Assembly: GCA_008632985.1 (NCBI GenBank) | Contig: QPGO01000265.1 | Coordinates: 1-64,000, forward strand | DNA: 64,000 nt | Reading direction: 5' to 3' | Source of the DNA: Psammoneis japonica | Lineage: Eukaryota | In this document: positions 1-11,513 of the stretch, in pieces | Layout of the letters: the number at the start of each line of letters is the position of its first letter | How positions within the stretch are numbered: position 1 is the first letter of the stretch | The notes under the pieces: model-generated | What the model was told of the DNA's origin: nothing | Seen by the model: the letters and a program-made list of their open reading frames with translations, nothing else | Databases searched by the model: none | Program-made: the position numbers and the translations under genes

Positions 1-380
1 ACTTGGGACGAAATCACAGTGTGAGAACCACCCGAATCGAACAAAACACGCATCACACGATTCGACTCATGCCGTTGAATTGATTTTGCAACAAGCAGTG
101 TAGATGGAACCAATGCGGCACGCGAGACTTGCGAACTCATTTTGGGGAGAGGAACATTGTGTTCAAATGCATCTTGATCAAACACATCCCCCTCTTCATT
201 CATGTAATTTTCTGCAGCATTTTCAAATTCAATGGGTGACAATTCGTCAGGATTTTCAAAACAATCAAAAGCAAAACATTCATCATTTCATTCAGGCAAA
301 ACACAATCATTTTCTTCAACAAACACTTCTCTCACAGGCAATTGGGAGCATTCAGCTCTGGAGCATTCAGCTCCTTCTTC
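1..380 (-). pseudogene. pol: Start of A1 pol (aspartic protease)
   Basis: In frame after gag TGA; reads MRVLFDSGGSHT. Confidence 0.8.
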
Positions 381-1631
381 TCAGAACTGCCGAGGAAACT
401 GCCCGTCTGGCTGAAACCTCACCACACCTCCGCATCTTGGAGGGCCTCGTCCGATCACATCGAAATGGTGCACATCACCACGAGGAGCTTCTCGAGCCTG
501 GTTGTCATTGTTCACATTGTCTGCTTGAGCAGCACATCCGTCGGCCTGTCCTTGGCCTCCACGGTTGTTGTTTTCATTGTGGTGATGTTGACCACCACCT
601 TGGTTGCCATTGTCATTTTGATTTCCGTTGTTGTTGTTGTTGTTACAACAGGCACCACGACCTCCTTGGTTCTGGTTGCCACGACCACCAAAGCGTCCAC
701 CTCCTCCACGGCCTTGACCACAGCCTCCTTGGAAACGACCTCTGCCTCGACCTCCACCGCCACGGCCTCCTCCTCGACCGCCACGGTTCTGAGGCCCACG
801 AAAGTTAGGGTTGTTTGGATTGTCATGACATTGGCCCCACGCATGCCTTCCATGGTGCCACGGGACCGGACACAGATCACCTGCCTTCGGTTGGCCCTTG
901 CTGTCCTTCTTGTCATGGTTTCCCTTTTTGTTGCTGGAGTTCCCTCCGTTGCCATCACTGGACTTGCGCTTCTTGTCATCTTGACCGTCGGCAAACACTT
1001 TCTCGTCACTCATGTGGGCTTGGACATCCACCATAGAATCCGCAACAAGGTTCTTGCCTGCACGAATGCAGGACTGCTGCCAGGTCAAAGGGAAGGCACA
1101 AAAGATGACATTCTTCTGCTCCTGCTCTGTAAGCACAGGAACGGTGCCAGGCAAACGGTTGGTGTGACGAAACAACGTCTCCATGCGATCAATGTGAGTT
1201 TCAGATTCCGCTGAGTAAGGCTTTTTGCATGTGGGCAAGTGCATCTTCATCGTGTCGCGAGCTGTTGGTTTCACACAGCGCAGACAACAGGCTGAGACAG
1301 CCTGATCAAATCGAGCTGCCGTCCGTTGATTCTGTGGGACACCCGCGGCAATGTTCTGCCATTTCGCCTCCGCTGTTCCTTGGAGACAATCTTCGAAAGC
1401 ATCAAATAATTCCGTTCCGGCATCACAATCTAGCTGTCTTGCCACCTTCCAGAACCTGTCCTCCACGTGCAACAATGATTCAATTCCATGCTCTCCTGTG
1501 AAAATAGGACACATTTTTGAAAGTTTGGCACTGTCATCGAAGGTTTGAGTGAGCTTCACTTCCTGTAGCTCAGAATCCACGAATTTGATTTTATGCTCAA
1601 CACACGCTTTCTCCAAGGCTTCTTGACACAT
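381..1631 (-). CDS. gag: Gag of A1 (Cys/His knuckle CPVPWHHGRHAWGQC, RGG/N-rich tail)
   Basis: Open ORF 381..1643, ATG at 1631; ends at an in-frame TGA followed by the protease frame. Confidence 0.85.
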   Translation of the reverse strand: MCQEALEKACVEHKIKFVDSELQEVKLTQTFDDSAKLSKMCPIFTGEHGIESLLHVEDRFWKVARQLDCDAGTELFDAFEDCLQGTAEAKWQNIAAGVPQNQRTAARFDQAVSACCLRCVKPTARDTMKMHLPTCKKPYSAESETHIDRMETLFRHTNRLPGTVPVLTEQEQKNVIFCAFPLTWQQSCIRAGKNLVADSMVDVQAHMSDEKVFADGQDDKKRKSSDGNGGNSSNKKGNHDKKDSKGQPKAGDLCPVPWHHGRHAWGQCHDNPNNPNFRGPQNRGGRGGGRGGGGRGRGRFQGGCGQGRGGGGRFGGRGNQNQGGRGACCNNNNNNGNQNDNGNQGGGQHHHNENNNRGGQGQADGCAAQADNVNNDNQAREAPRGDVHHFDVIGRGPPRCGGVVRFQPDGQFPRQF

Positions 1632-1908
1632 GGCGATGAACAATTTCAGCGATCAAACAATCAACAATCCACAAGATAAACGAAATAAAACGCTCCCAAT
1701 TGATCCATACAACGAGAACAATCAACAACCAAACAACAACGAATTCAAGAGTGACGATGCGAGATTCGAGTTCAAACAAACGCTGCTCCGAATCGCCAAT
1801 TTCACGAGCATGATTACGCTGCTGCTCTGATCGACTTCGAATGAAATTTTCTGCACGAGCTCGTAAATAAATTTTCTCTCTTCTCGACAACACTCTTCGC
1901 GTTGTCAC
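1597..1908 (-). CDS. Small coiled-coil + transmembrane ORF upstream of and overlapping gag (start ATG mutated to GTG in this copy)
   Basis: Same ~103-aa frame is open in A2 and A3; hydrophobic run FVVVWLLIVLVVWINWERFISFILWIV. Confidence 0.6.
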   Translation of the reverse strand: MTTRRVLSRREKIYLRARAENFIRSRSEQQRNHAREIGDSEQRLFELESRIVTLEFVVVWLLIVLVVWINWERFISFILWIVDCLIAEIVHRHVSRSLGESVC

Positions 1909-1956
1909 AAAGTTGACAATGCAATGAACAAGCTGTGACAACGACTGCAATTACAG

Positions 1957-2141
1957 TGCAAGATCTAGCTTGAGATGACTTGATGAAAGTTGTGGGAGAA
2001 CCGAGAAGGGACCCGATCAACTCAATCGCTGATCGGAGAACACACTTCTAACGGCTTCCTGAATGTCTAATACGTTGGTTAATGTGTGCACATCAGAGAG
2101 GGCACACTTGGTCATAAAAGCACATGTGCCTGTCTCATTCA
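1957..2141 (-). repeat. Family A LTR (185 bp, TG..CA)
   Basis: Matches 24655-24836, 30124-30350, 36192-36376, 57007-57191. Confidence 0.92.
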
Positions 2142-2249
2142 AAAGTGAGAGGGCAACATGTGGATTTAGATGTCCTGTTCACGTAATCCCATTGTAGATT
2201 CTATGCTGAGAAGTGCGAGCGTGCCCAGTGTGACGCTCAACGTACTTTA

Positions 2250-2646
2250 GACGCGTTCCAGCTCTGGGTGGGACCTCGCACTACTGCACTGTGACATCAA
2301 CAGTTTTTTGGATCGCGTCGCATGTCGCGCACGTACATTTCTACGTGTAAAATTCTACGAAATTGTTTCACACTCCCTGTTTTGCGAAGCCAAAGGCTTT
2401 CTATTTTCAACATTTATGAGAGTGAAAACATGCTGGGTGTGTTCTTTAATGTCTGAAGAACACACCCGGGCAAACTGTCAATGATGCACTCCAAGTGTGA
2501 AGGAGGAGACACGTTCGTAAAATTGCCTCTTTTTCTGTTGGCGATCATTCATATTTTCATTGCAGTGTGAATTTACTACGGAGCTCGCACGTAGAATTCT
2601 GCGGGCCCAATGTCACACGGAGTCCCACCTGGGACTGGAACCCGTC
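2250..2646 (+). mobile_element. Non-autonomous terminal-inverted-repeat (TIR) element H1, an internal-deletion derivative of H4
   Basis: Imperfect TIR GACG(C/G)GTTCCAG..CTAGGTGGGAC; left part matches 22370-22490, right part matches 57535-57809; flanks TTTA/TTTT. Confidence 0.8.
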
Positions 2647-4061
2647 TTTTCCACGCTTTTGCGGCGACTTCCTGATGTGCCTGTGAGGAGCGTGGACTCT
2701 ACCATTGAAACGTCATTTCACATTGAGGACTCTCCGGAGCTTCGTAGTGAAAGTGACCGTGCAGCAACCATGCTAGCTGCTAAGTGCAAAAAGGCCGATC
2801 TCACTAAGATCGTACATGAAACGAAAGGCCTTGATGACATGCAGCAGAAGGAGCTGCACGCTCTTTTACTTGAGCACGAAGCGTCATTCGATGGAACGCT
2901 CGGCAGGTGGAATGGCAAACCTTGCCATGTGCAACTTGAGGAAGGAGTAAAATCACACCATGCTTGTCCATGTGCGGTGCCTAAGAGGTGTGAAAGACTG
3001 GTGTGTGATGAACTTGACAGACTCTGTGAGATTGGAGTTCTCAAGAAGGTTGGTCGATTGGAATGCGCTGCACCTTCTTTCGTGATGCCAAAAACCGATC
3101 AGATGACTCGGTTTATAAACGACTTCAGAGAACTGAACAAACGCACAGTGCGAATGCCGCATCCTCTGCCGAATGTACAAGATGTGTTGCTTCGGCTCAA
3201 GAATTTCACATGGGCTGCATCTCTAGATTTGAACATGGGATGCCACCACGTGCGACTCGATGCGAGTTCTAGACGACTCTGTACTCTCATTCTTCCTGGG
3301 GCAAACATGAGATGCAAAGCTTGCCCATGGGACTCTGCAACAGTCCAGATGTCTTTCAAGAGAAGTGTCAGACCTCTTTGCAGATCTGTGGCATGTGAGG
3401 ACTTACATTGATGATTTGCTCACAATCACAAAGGGCACCTTTGAGGACCACCTAGAAAAGTTAGACAAAGTCTTGGAAAGGCTTCAAAAGGCTGGTCTAA
3501 AGGTCAATGCATGGAAGTCTGACTTCTGCCAGACCCAAACAGAGCACTTGGGCCACCTGGTGAACAGAGAAGGCATCAAGCCAACTCCCAAAAAAGTTGC
3601 AGCAATTCAAAAGCTTGCTGCTCCCAAGACCAAGAAGCAGCTCAGAAGCTTCATTGGCCTTGTAAACTGCTGCAGGGATGTCTGGATACGAAGATCAGAC
3701 GTCCCAGCACCCCTTGCTAAGCTTGCAGGCAAGAACAGCATGTGGGAATGGACCTCAGCAGAAGAGGACGCATTTCAAACTGTAAAAAAGGTGGTGGCAG
3801 AGCAAGTGCTTCTGGTCCACCCTGACTTTTCCAACCTTTTGAGATTCACACTGATGCTTCTAAGTGTCAGTTGGGAGCAGCAACATCTCAAGATAACAAG
3901 CCAACAGCGTTCTGTAGTTGCAAACTGATGAACGCTCAGCTCAACTACACCACGACTGAACGTGAGTTGCTTTCAATCGTGGAAACGTTGAAGGAGTTCT
4001 GAAATGTACTCCTTGGTCATCGTATGATCGTGTGCACTGACCACAAAAATTTGACATGTAA

Positions 4062-4175
4062 CCTTGTGTCCAGGAGTGTCCAAAAAGTGTCCACATCCGG
4101 GTTTTTTCCTGTAGAATTTGCACTGGGAACTGTGCAGGAGAAGGATTTTCGTGTTGGCTTCGACTGGACTCAAGG
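4062..4175. mobile_element. 114-bp MITE with piggyBac-like CCTT ends
   Basis: TIR CCTTGTGTCCAG / CTGGACTCAAGG; flanks GTAA/ATAA; interrupts the RNase H motif NLT(Y)KVFN. Confidence 0.75.
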
Positions 4176-4347
4176 ATAAAGTGTTCAACACGGAGCGTGT
4201 CATGCGCTGGCAACTTCTCTGTGAAGAATGTGGCCCTGAATTACGATGTGTCAACGCCAATCACATCAGACGCTTAATGCGCGATTTTGCAACCCGCATC
4301 TGGGCCGCAAAATTTTTATCGCAAATTTTTGCGACCCACATGCGGGC

Positions 4348-4737
4348 AACGGGTTCCAGTCCTAGGTGGGACTCCGTGTGACATTGGGCCCGTAGAATTC
4401 TGCGTGCGAGCTCCGTAGTACGAGAATTTAATTAATGGATGTGTTTGTCTTCAACATCAAATAAACGGCCAAGTTTGTGGCACAATTATGCCTCTTGCCA
4501 CTCGACGTTTTTGCAAATGCGCCTGCCCTACGCGATTCTTAAGACATCATAGAATCGCGCTGTAACAAAAAATGTCAAAAGTTGTTGGACGGATCGCTCA
4601 ACAAGTGCAACGTAAAATGACACAAAATGTCGAAAAAATCACGTAGAAATCTACGTGCGCGACATACGACGTGATTCAAAAAACTGTCGATGTCACAGTT
4701 CAGCAGTACGAGGTCCCACCTAGACCTGGAACTCGTC
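4348..4737 (-). mobile_element. TIR element H2
   Basis: H-type TIRs; perfect 4-bp TSD GGGC (4344-4347 / 4738-4741); similar to 50801-51190. Confidence 0.88.
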
Positions 4738-4899
4738 GGGCCGCAAATTTGCCACAATTCTTAAAACGAAGCTTATCTCGTTGTTGTTTTTGCGCGGGAA
4801 ATCAATGTTGTAAGAGCGATGTGACATCTTGTCATTTGTTGTCGAAAGTGTTTTTTTGCACTGCTTCTATTTTTGCATCGAGCATCGATCACTGTTAAC

Positions 4900-5460
4900 A
4901 TGGACAGCGAACGTGAGCAGAACATGCGTGACGACGCATGCAAGCATCCTTTTGTTGTCGCTGACTGTCGTTCTGCCATTGTCTCTCTTATTTTGATGCC
5001 AACTACAGACTGCTTTTTTCGTCTTCTGATTTCTGAAGCTGCCGTTGTGGCATCATTCTGGGCTGCATTTGACAAAGGTTCGGAAGCGCCCATTCCGAGT
5101 GTGTCGTTCGTCCCTGCCGACGACGGTGTCACCGTAGTTGTGGACAGCGAAAAAGATGCCGACACTGCAGTGAAGGCAACGAAGGGCAGAATCACGCCCT
5201 CAGTGCATTGCCGTGATTGTGGTGACGCTCCCTGTGTCATGCCTGCCATTTATGATCACATGGTTTCAATTGGAGAGGTTGGAGAAGAAAGGGGTCTAAG
5301 CAACAAGCAGATCCGTTTCTCTCTCTACCGCGAGTCTATTTCTCTTCTACATTGACACCTTGGTCGTCATCAACGTGTTGAGCTGCCAGATTGCATTCAT
5401 CGTGAAATTCATGATCTGTGTCCCCAAACCCGTGAAGAGCCACACACGGGTTTCAAAGCC
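4900..5460 (+). pseudogene. KolX / P2X7 intracellular-domain-like protein (one premature TGA at 5353)
   Basis: CRDCGDAPC...SNKQIRFSLYR...H*HLGRHQRVELPDCIHREIHDLCP...HTGF fits the NxxxRxxxYR..GxLG..RxxLPxC..I..YP..YxGF pattern once Tyr>His/Cys is allowed; recognised by eye. Confidence 0.6.
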
Positions 5461-5970
5461 AATGGGCAGGACACCAAGTGGCTAATCATCATGCAGTTGT
5501 TTTTTGTTTTAGCCAAACCAATCTTGAAATCATCACTTGCTGGTGTGCTGTGCATGTCTTTGTAATGGTTGTAATTTTGCAACCTGCTAAAATAGATGCA
5601 ACACACAACATCGCTGCGGAAATTGGTTTCCAATGGTTTTTCCTTAGAGAACAAATGTCGTTCCTCAACTGTTCTAACAGAGTTTTTATTTTTGACAGGA
5701 TTTGAACAGGATTTGGGTGCGCGCGAAATGTCGCGCACCATTTAGTTTGCCGCGCACAGTTTTGTGTGCTCTTTAGTTCCGCGCGTACGCGCGCAATGTA
5801 GTTTGCTTTTGAGCCACACGGCTCACAAGAACAACAACAGCAGCCCGATTACACCGACTTGCACGTCTTTCGGCTCCTGCAACGGTCTCTGAGCGGAGAC
5901 TCATCTGCCATTTAGACAGCAGCAAGGAGTCATTGTTTGAATTCTTGCCATTTGCCTTCAATTTCTGTCA

Positions 5971-6440
5971 GATTGCAGCCCTTGCGCAGGCCCGCACTTT
6001 GAAACCAGTTGGGACACTCCACCCATGGCTTCCAAAGCTGCAGCCTTTGCACCCCGCAAACCACGTGCTGCCAACCTCCACGTGTCGACCGCTGTCACCC
6101 TTCACGACCTTCGTTTGGGAAGTGATGGAGATGACAACTTGCTTCTTGTATCTCCTGATGGGGAGCCTCCTGAAAGCGGTGTCAGTCGCGCCCCGCATGT
6201 CTTGACCAACCCGCCTGCCAGCAAACTCGGCCCAGTGCAGGATTGCAGCCCTTGCGCAGGCCCGCACTTCGAAACCAGTTGGGACACTCCACCCATGGCT
6301 TCCAAAGCTGCAGCCTTTGCACCCCGCAAACCACATGCTGCCAACCTCCACGTGTCGACCGCTGTCACCCTTCACGACCTTCATTTGGGAAGTGATGGAG
6401 ATGACAACTTGCTTCTCGTATCTCTTGATGGGGAGCCTCC
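5971..6440 (+). repeat. 270-bp-period tandem duplication directly after the 5' LTR of K
   Basis: GATTGCAGCCCTTGCGCAGG.. starts at both 5971 and 6241. Confidence 0.9.
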
Positions 6441-7641
6441 TTTTCCCATCATTGAATCTGTTCACAACAGTTCAACCGGTTCATCAGATGGGGAGTTCAG
6501 GACATCCAAGCAGCTTCGTTGTCTTTGGATCCTCCAAGCATCGCACCACGAGACGAGGCCTCCTGATTGGATGCCCCAAGTCTCGCACCTTGAGACCAGG
6601 CCTCCTGACTGGATGCCTCAAGTCTCGTGCCTCGAGACTGGGCCTCCTGGTTGGATGCCCCAAGTCTTGTACCTCGAGACCAGGCCTCCTGACTGGATGC
6701 CCCAAGTCTCGTGCCTTGAGACCAGGCCTCCGGATTGGATCCCTCAAGTCTCGTACCTTGAGACCAGGTCTCCTGATTGGATGTCCCAAGTCTCGTACCT
6801 CGAGACTGGGCCTCCTGATCGGATGCCTCAAGTCTCGTACATCGAGACTGGGCCTCCAGATTGGATCCTCCATGTCTCGTACCTCAAGACTCGGCCTCCG
6901 GATTGGATCCCTCAAGCCTTGCGCCACGAGACTCGGCCTCCCAATTGGATCCCCCAAGTCTCACACCTCAAGACTTGGCCTCCTGATTGGATCCCCGAAG
7001 ACTCGTGTCACAAGACTGGCAAGTCCTTTTGGATTCCAGAAGTCTTGCAGCACGGGACTGGTTGCCCCAATCAGACATCTGCAGTCTTGCACCACAAGAT
7101 GTCTTGCTCCAATCCGATCCCCAAAGGCTTGCACCTTGAGACTCGTTCCTCCAATTGGACCAGTCTCTCAGGAGATGCAGCTGAGCTTGCAGTTGGATTG
7201 GTGGAACACAAGACCACCGCTTGTGCCTTTGAACTCATGCTTGCTCTGTTCCCCGAGTCGTGCAAACGCCATGCCACCCTGCTCGAGCACTGCTCTGTTT
7301 TTCTGGCAGCAGCCCAGTGTGGCAACCGTTCCAAGAACCAACAGACAGCTGTCATTCTTTACGACCTTCGCTCAGGGAGTGAAGGTGATGTTAACTTGTT
7401 TGCATTGTCCTGCGATGTTGCCCCGCTGTTCAACATTGTCGACCAGACCAAGCTTTGCTCCTTCCATTGCAAGTGCGGATGTGGAATCCCACAAGATCCC
7501 AAGTGTGCCTTGAGCTTTGAAAAGCACAACGGCATCTGCAATTGGGGAGACGCAGCTCATCTCAAGATGACCCACTTGGAGAATGCAACGTTGCTCCAGG
7601 ATCTTGATCCTTTCTTGTCTCCTCATGTTTTGGTGCTTTGA
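6025..7641 (+). CDS. Hypothetical 538-aa repetitive ORF of element K
   Basis: Open frame spanning K interior with 14-aa repeats ETRPPDWMPQVSYL; no known domain seen. Confidence 0.35.
   Translation: MASKAAAFAPRKPRAANLHVSTAVTLHDLRLGSDGDDNLLLVSPDGEPPESGVSRAPHVLTNPPASKLGPVQDCSPCAGPHFETSWDTPPMASKAAAFAPRKPHAANLHVSTAVTLHDLHLGSDGDDNLLLVSLDGEPPFPIIESVHNSSTGSSDGEFRTSKQLRCLWILQASHHETRPPDWMPQVSHLETRPPDWMPQVSCLETGPPGWMPQVLYLETRPPDWMPQVSCLETRPPDWIPQVSYLETRSPDWMSQVSYLETGPPDRMPQVSYIETGPPDWILHVSYLKTRPPDWIPQALRHETRPPNWIPQVSHLKTWPPDWIPEDSCHKTGKSFWIPEVLQHGTGCPNQTSAVLHHKMSCSNPIPKGLHLETRSSNWTSLSGDAAELAVGLVEHKTTACAFELMLALFPESCKRHATLLEHCSVFLAAAQCGNRSKNQQTAVILYDLRSGSEGDVNLFALSCDVAPLFNIVDQTKLCSFHCKCGCGIPQDPKCALSFEKHNGICNWGDAAHLKMTHLENATLLQDLDPFLSPHVLVL
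6547..7165 (+). repeat. 42-bp minisatellite, about 14 units, degenerating 3'
   Basis: Unit ~GAGACCAGGCCTCCTGATTGGATGCCCCAAGTCTCGTACCTC. Confidence 0.9.
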
Positions 7642-7984
7642 CTCCAAAGTTCTTTAGTCAATCCGAAGTTGAATCTGTTTCTGTGACTCCTCAAGCAAAC
7701 TGGGGAGTGACAGGATTTGAACAGGATTTAGGTGCGTGCGAAATGTCGCACACAGTTTTGTGTGCTCTTCAGTTCTGCGCACACGTGCGTGATGCAGTTT
7801 GCTTTCGAGCCACATGGCTCACAAGAATGACAACAGTGGCCCGATCACACCGACTTGCACGTCTTTCGGCTCCTGCAACGGTCTCTGAGCGGAGACTCAT
7901 CTGCCATTTAGACAGCAGTGAGGAGCCATTGTTTGAATTCTTGCCATTTGCCTTCAATTTCTGTCAATTTTGCTGTCTGCTCTA

Positions 7985-8587
7985 CTAAAATGGACACAAC
8001 ATGGAGCACGAAATGCCAAAGGGCATCAGCCAGCACGAAGAAATCCACTCTGACTTTGTCAGGCTTGCCTTTGTTGCATTGTGCCTGACGGGACAATGAC
8101 GAGAACGACAGCCAACTCCACCCTTGTCGAATGTCAGATCGCCCCCCGGGATGAATGTACGTTGAGCCGCAGTGTTGAACTCATTGCCGTTTGCTTTTCG
8201 AGGACACTCCAGCATCTGCCCGTTAACTTCCATGCCGTTGATGCTTTCCTCGGCGGAATGGAGCGGCTGGTGTTGAGGATGTAAGCACATCATGTCAGAA
8301 ACAATCAACTTTTGTTTGGCAAAGCTGAATTGCACTCGAGCTCTCTTGGCGACTGGCGACTCCACAGGAAGACTTGGAGGGGGGGCATGTGCGGGTGCAG
8401 ATGGTGCTTCGGCAGTAGACTGCAACACCGGATTTTGCGGCATGTCTTGAACAGGCAAAAAAGGAAAGTCCGTTCCCGCTCCAAGCAATGCTGACACATC
8501 CAGCACTTCTCTAACGATGTTGTCAGGCGTCCGAGATTGATGGAGTGAACATCCTTCACCAGTGTGGCCCGCCGTAGGGTCCGCCAT
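7985..8587 (-). pseudogene. piggyBac transposase remnant (deleted, frameshifted)
   Basis: LTFDKGGVGCRSRHCPVR / QCNKGKPDKVRVDFFVLAD resembles the piggyBac DE..R..QY...KP.K...F.LAD block. Confidence 0.7.
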
Positions 8588-9412
8588 GGTGGAGGGAGAA
8601 ATCGGCGAAAAATTGCACGAAAATGCATGCACATTTTAGAGGCTACGACAGCAACCACTGGGACTTTTTCAACAGATGAAGTGTCGATTCCCATGTTTTC
8701 GGGTATGGAGAATTTTCGACTGTGGGGTCAATTCATCGATTGTCTCTATCATTGAAGATTTGAAAAAATTTGCGGCCCATGCATGGGCCGCAAACGGGCA
8801 TCTGATACGATTGGCGTTAAGGGCCATAAAAACCTGGTCGCTGATGCGTTAAGTCGACTTGAACTCGACCCTCCATTGCCGTCGGAATGTGACACACACG
8901 CACTGGATGCTCCCGCTATGGCCGTTAGCCGAGGCATTTGGGACTGATGACGTGGACAAAGTCACTCGCATTCCCATCCACTTCAAACAGCTTCAGAAAC
9001 TTCAACAAGCTGACAAGTCATCATTGCGAAAAGCCCGTCATTCCGACAAATGTGCAATGCGTTCTTTCCGTAGAGGAGAAACGTCTTCAAGACAGTTGAC
9101 ATGTTGTGAGGACAGAATTGTTGTCCCAAAGTCATTGCAGGAACCTGTGACTGAATGGCACCATAATCAGCTGTGTCACCCTGGCGAGACTCGGACAGTG
9201 CTCACTGTTGCCTGGAATTTCTATTGGGCCAGCATGCGCTCTACGGTGAAGTCCCCCATGCTTTAAGTGTGATTCATGCCAGAGGACAAAATGTCGAACT
9301 ATCAAATGTGGGAAACTGCCAGAAAAGCTTGCAGAAATTGTCCCGTGGGAGACCCTGTGCCCAGATTTAACAGGGCCCTACAAAATTGCCCGCAAAGGAA
9401 AGCAGACATTAA

Positions 9413-10762
9413 GAGGGCGGTCCGGAGATAGCCTGGCACACTTTTTGCGTAGAAGCTCCACGAGAGACAAGCATGTACATTCCTACACAGACGCAGCACA
9501 AAAACAGAAAGCATGACACGTCCATCAGCGACTCACGATGACACCGCGTGACGACCATGCATCAAAATGGCGTCGTCCGCATCTTTCTGCAGCTCCTCTT
9601 CCACTTGCCCGATTGCTCCAAAAGGGCCAGGGAAAGCTCACATGCTTCTGTTATGATGAAACAATGTAAACTAAAGTTGTTCTTTTCATTCCACAATCTC
9701 AGAATGCAGTGCAACAGATTGTCAAGGTGCACCCGCACGTTGGCTGCACTGTCAGCCAAATCAACGCCATTTGCTGTTCACTCTAGAACAACAATGGAGA
9801 TGTTGTGCCCCAATGTGTGCACTCTACACTCACTTGATAAATTGTGAAGCTGACGATTCTTGTTGGCTGAAACTCTTGAGCCACTTTTGAGAGTTGACAC
9901 AATGATCCATGTGTCCCGTCCTTCACCCCTCTAAATTTGTTGCATTGGCTAAAAAAATGGGGCAAATGAGTCACATGTTTCTAGGTCATAAACTACCTTA
10001 CAGCCGAAAGAAGCAATCTGTGCCTTTAGAACCACCATGATGCACTGGTCTGCCAAGTCAAACTCCGCATCACCTTCTGGATGCACGTCAAATGCGCGGC
10101 AAAATTGCTCGACGACAAGTCTGAGCTCTCAAGAGCTTGAACATCTTCAAACACCACAGACCCAAGCTTCTACATTTATGATGAAGTCATCCTGATGCTG
10201 CATCTGTGACTTGGACTTGTCGTCAGACTGCCGTGGCCATTGCAAGGTAGAAGTGACATTCAAAGCAAGCTTTTCTCTCTCAGGGATGGCTCACGGCAAG
10301 GGAGACCCTGCAGAACAAAAACAACAACGAGGAAAGACAACATGCGTGTGAGTTGAAAGAATGTGAACGTACAAGCACTCAACGAAATGCACAGCATGAA
10401 TGGTGATGCATGAGTTGCGTGTTGATGCAACAAAATCGGCGGTGTCAACACCAATCTTCAGTTCAAAATTTCACCATGATCCCACCCATGTGAACCTGGA
10501 CATTCTCAAGCTCATCTCGCATCTTATGATGTGACGTGCCAAATTCCGTTGAGAGCACACAGGTTCCAACCTCAGAGACGATCGTATTTTTCAAATCGGT
10601 GAAACGCCATTGTCCGTGTTATTTTGCGTGTTGTTTTGAGCCGCGAGCCAGAAAACACTCCCAAAAACTGTTCTACAGGGCGAAATGCACTGAATCTACA
10701 CAGATTTGGGTTGTGCCAGGCCACGTAGAAAGTGAACGGGCCGAAAACTCCGGTGCACCCAC
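9413..10762 (+). mobile_element. TTAA-targeting non-autonomous DNA element I, copy 1 (Sola3- or Kolobok-like ends)
   Basis: TTAA|GAGGGCGGTCCGGAG ... CTCCGGTGCACCCAC|TTGG; interrupts integrase; diverged inverted copy at 14551-15867. Confidence 0.75.
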
Positions 10763-11513
10763 TTGGCCCTGTGGGCCACGACTGTGATCGATCCCACGAC
10801 TGGATGGTTCGAGATCGCGGAAGTGCAGTGCCCACCAAACGCACCACCACGTCATTGAACAGACGTGGCTGTGTGGATGTCCATGGCCGAGTAAAGTCGT
10901 GTTCGACAGAGGTGCTGAGTTTGTGGCTGAGTTTAGTCAAATGATTCAAAATGACTGCGGACTCAAGGCCAGACCCACTGCCAAACGCAACCCACAAGCG
11001 AACTCCACAGTGGAACGCGCACATCAAACGATTGGTGACATGACACGTGCATTCTCAGTGCAAGACATGGAACTTGACGAAGACGACCCATGGGCTGGCA
11101 TGCTTTCTGCCGTAGCCTTTGCTGCACGTGCAACTGTGCACACCACTGTCAGGGCAACCCCGATGCAATTAGTCTTCGGACGTGATGCGATTTTGTCTGT
11201 TGCTTGTCGCGCCAAGTGGAGGCATGTCCAGAGCAGAAAGCAGAAGTTGATTCGATCTAATGACAAGCGTGAGAACTTGAAGAGGAAAGAGTGCCAATGC
11301 ACAAGGGGACAGCTTGCACTTGTCAAGCAGGAACAACGGACGAAATTTGGCACTGACAACCATGCAGGGCCAGCTGCAGTTGTTCAAGTCAATGACAAAG
11401 GCACCCTTCGTGTGCGAGAAGGTACGCTGGTGGACACGTGCAACACACGACAAATTGTCCCTCACCAGCAGTGGGCCCTTCTGTCACTCGTACGACCTTG
11501 TCACAGGGGCGAG

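Larger units (their letters stand above)
1..2141 (-). mobile_element. Ty3/Gypsy LTR retrotransposon family A, copy A1 (5' part; runs off window start)
   Basis: 5' LTR 1957-2141, small ORF, gag and protease start (FDSGGSH); near-identical to 28176-30350. Confidence 0.92.
5693..7966 (+). mobile_element. Non-autonomous LTR element K (no recognisable gag/pol)
   Basis: Direct repeats 5693-5970 and 7708-7966 ending TGACAG..CTGTCA; TSD ATTTT on both sides; PPT-like GGGGAG at 7702-7707. Confidence 0.85.
4255..8816 (-). mobile_element. piggyBac-like DNA transposon J, internally deleted, hosting H2 and K
   Basis: 19-bp TIR CGCCAATC..ATCAGA.GC; TSD TCAA/TTAA; host pol ELR(Y)V|KGHKN resumes at 8817; contains a transposase remnant. 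Confidence 0.82.

Noticed and set aside
342..1214. Long antisense ORFs opposite family A gag (also 28014..29381, 37115..38572, 37300..38217)
   Set aside because: Explained by low-complexity GGN/AAC codons and loss of TAA/TAG through TA depletion; no domain-like content
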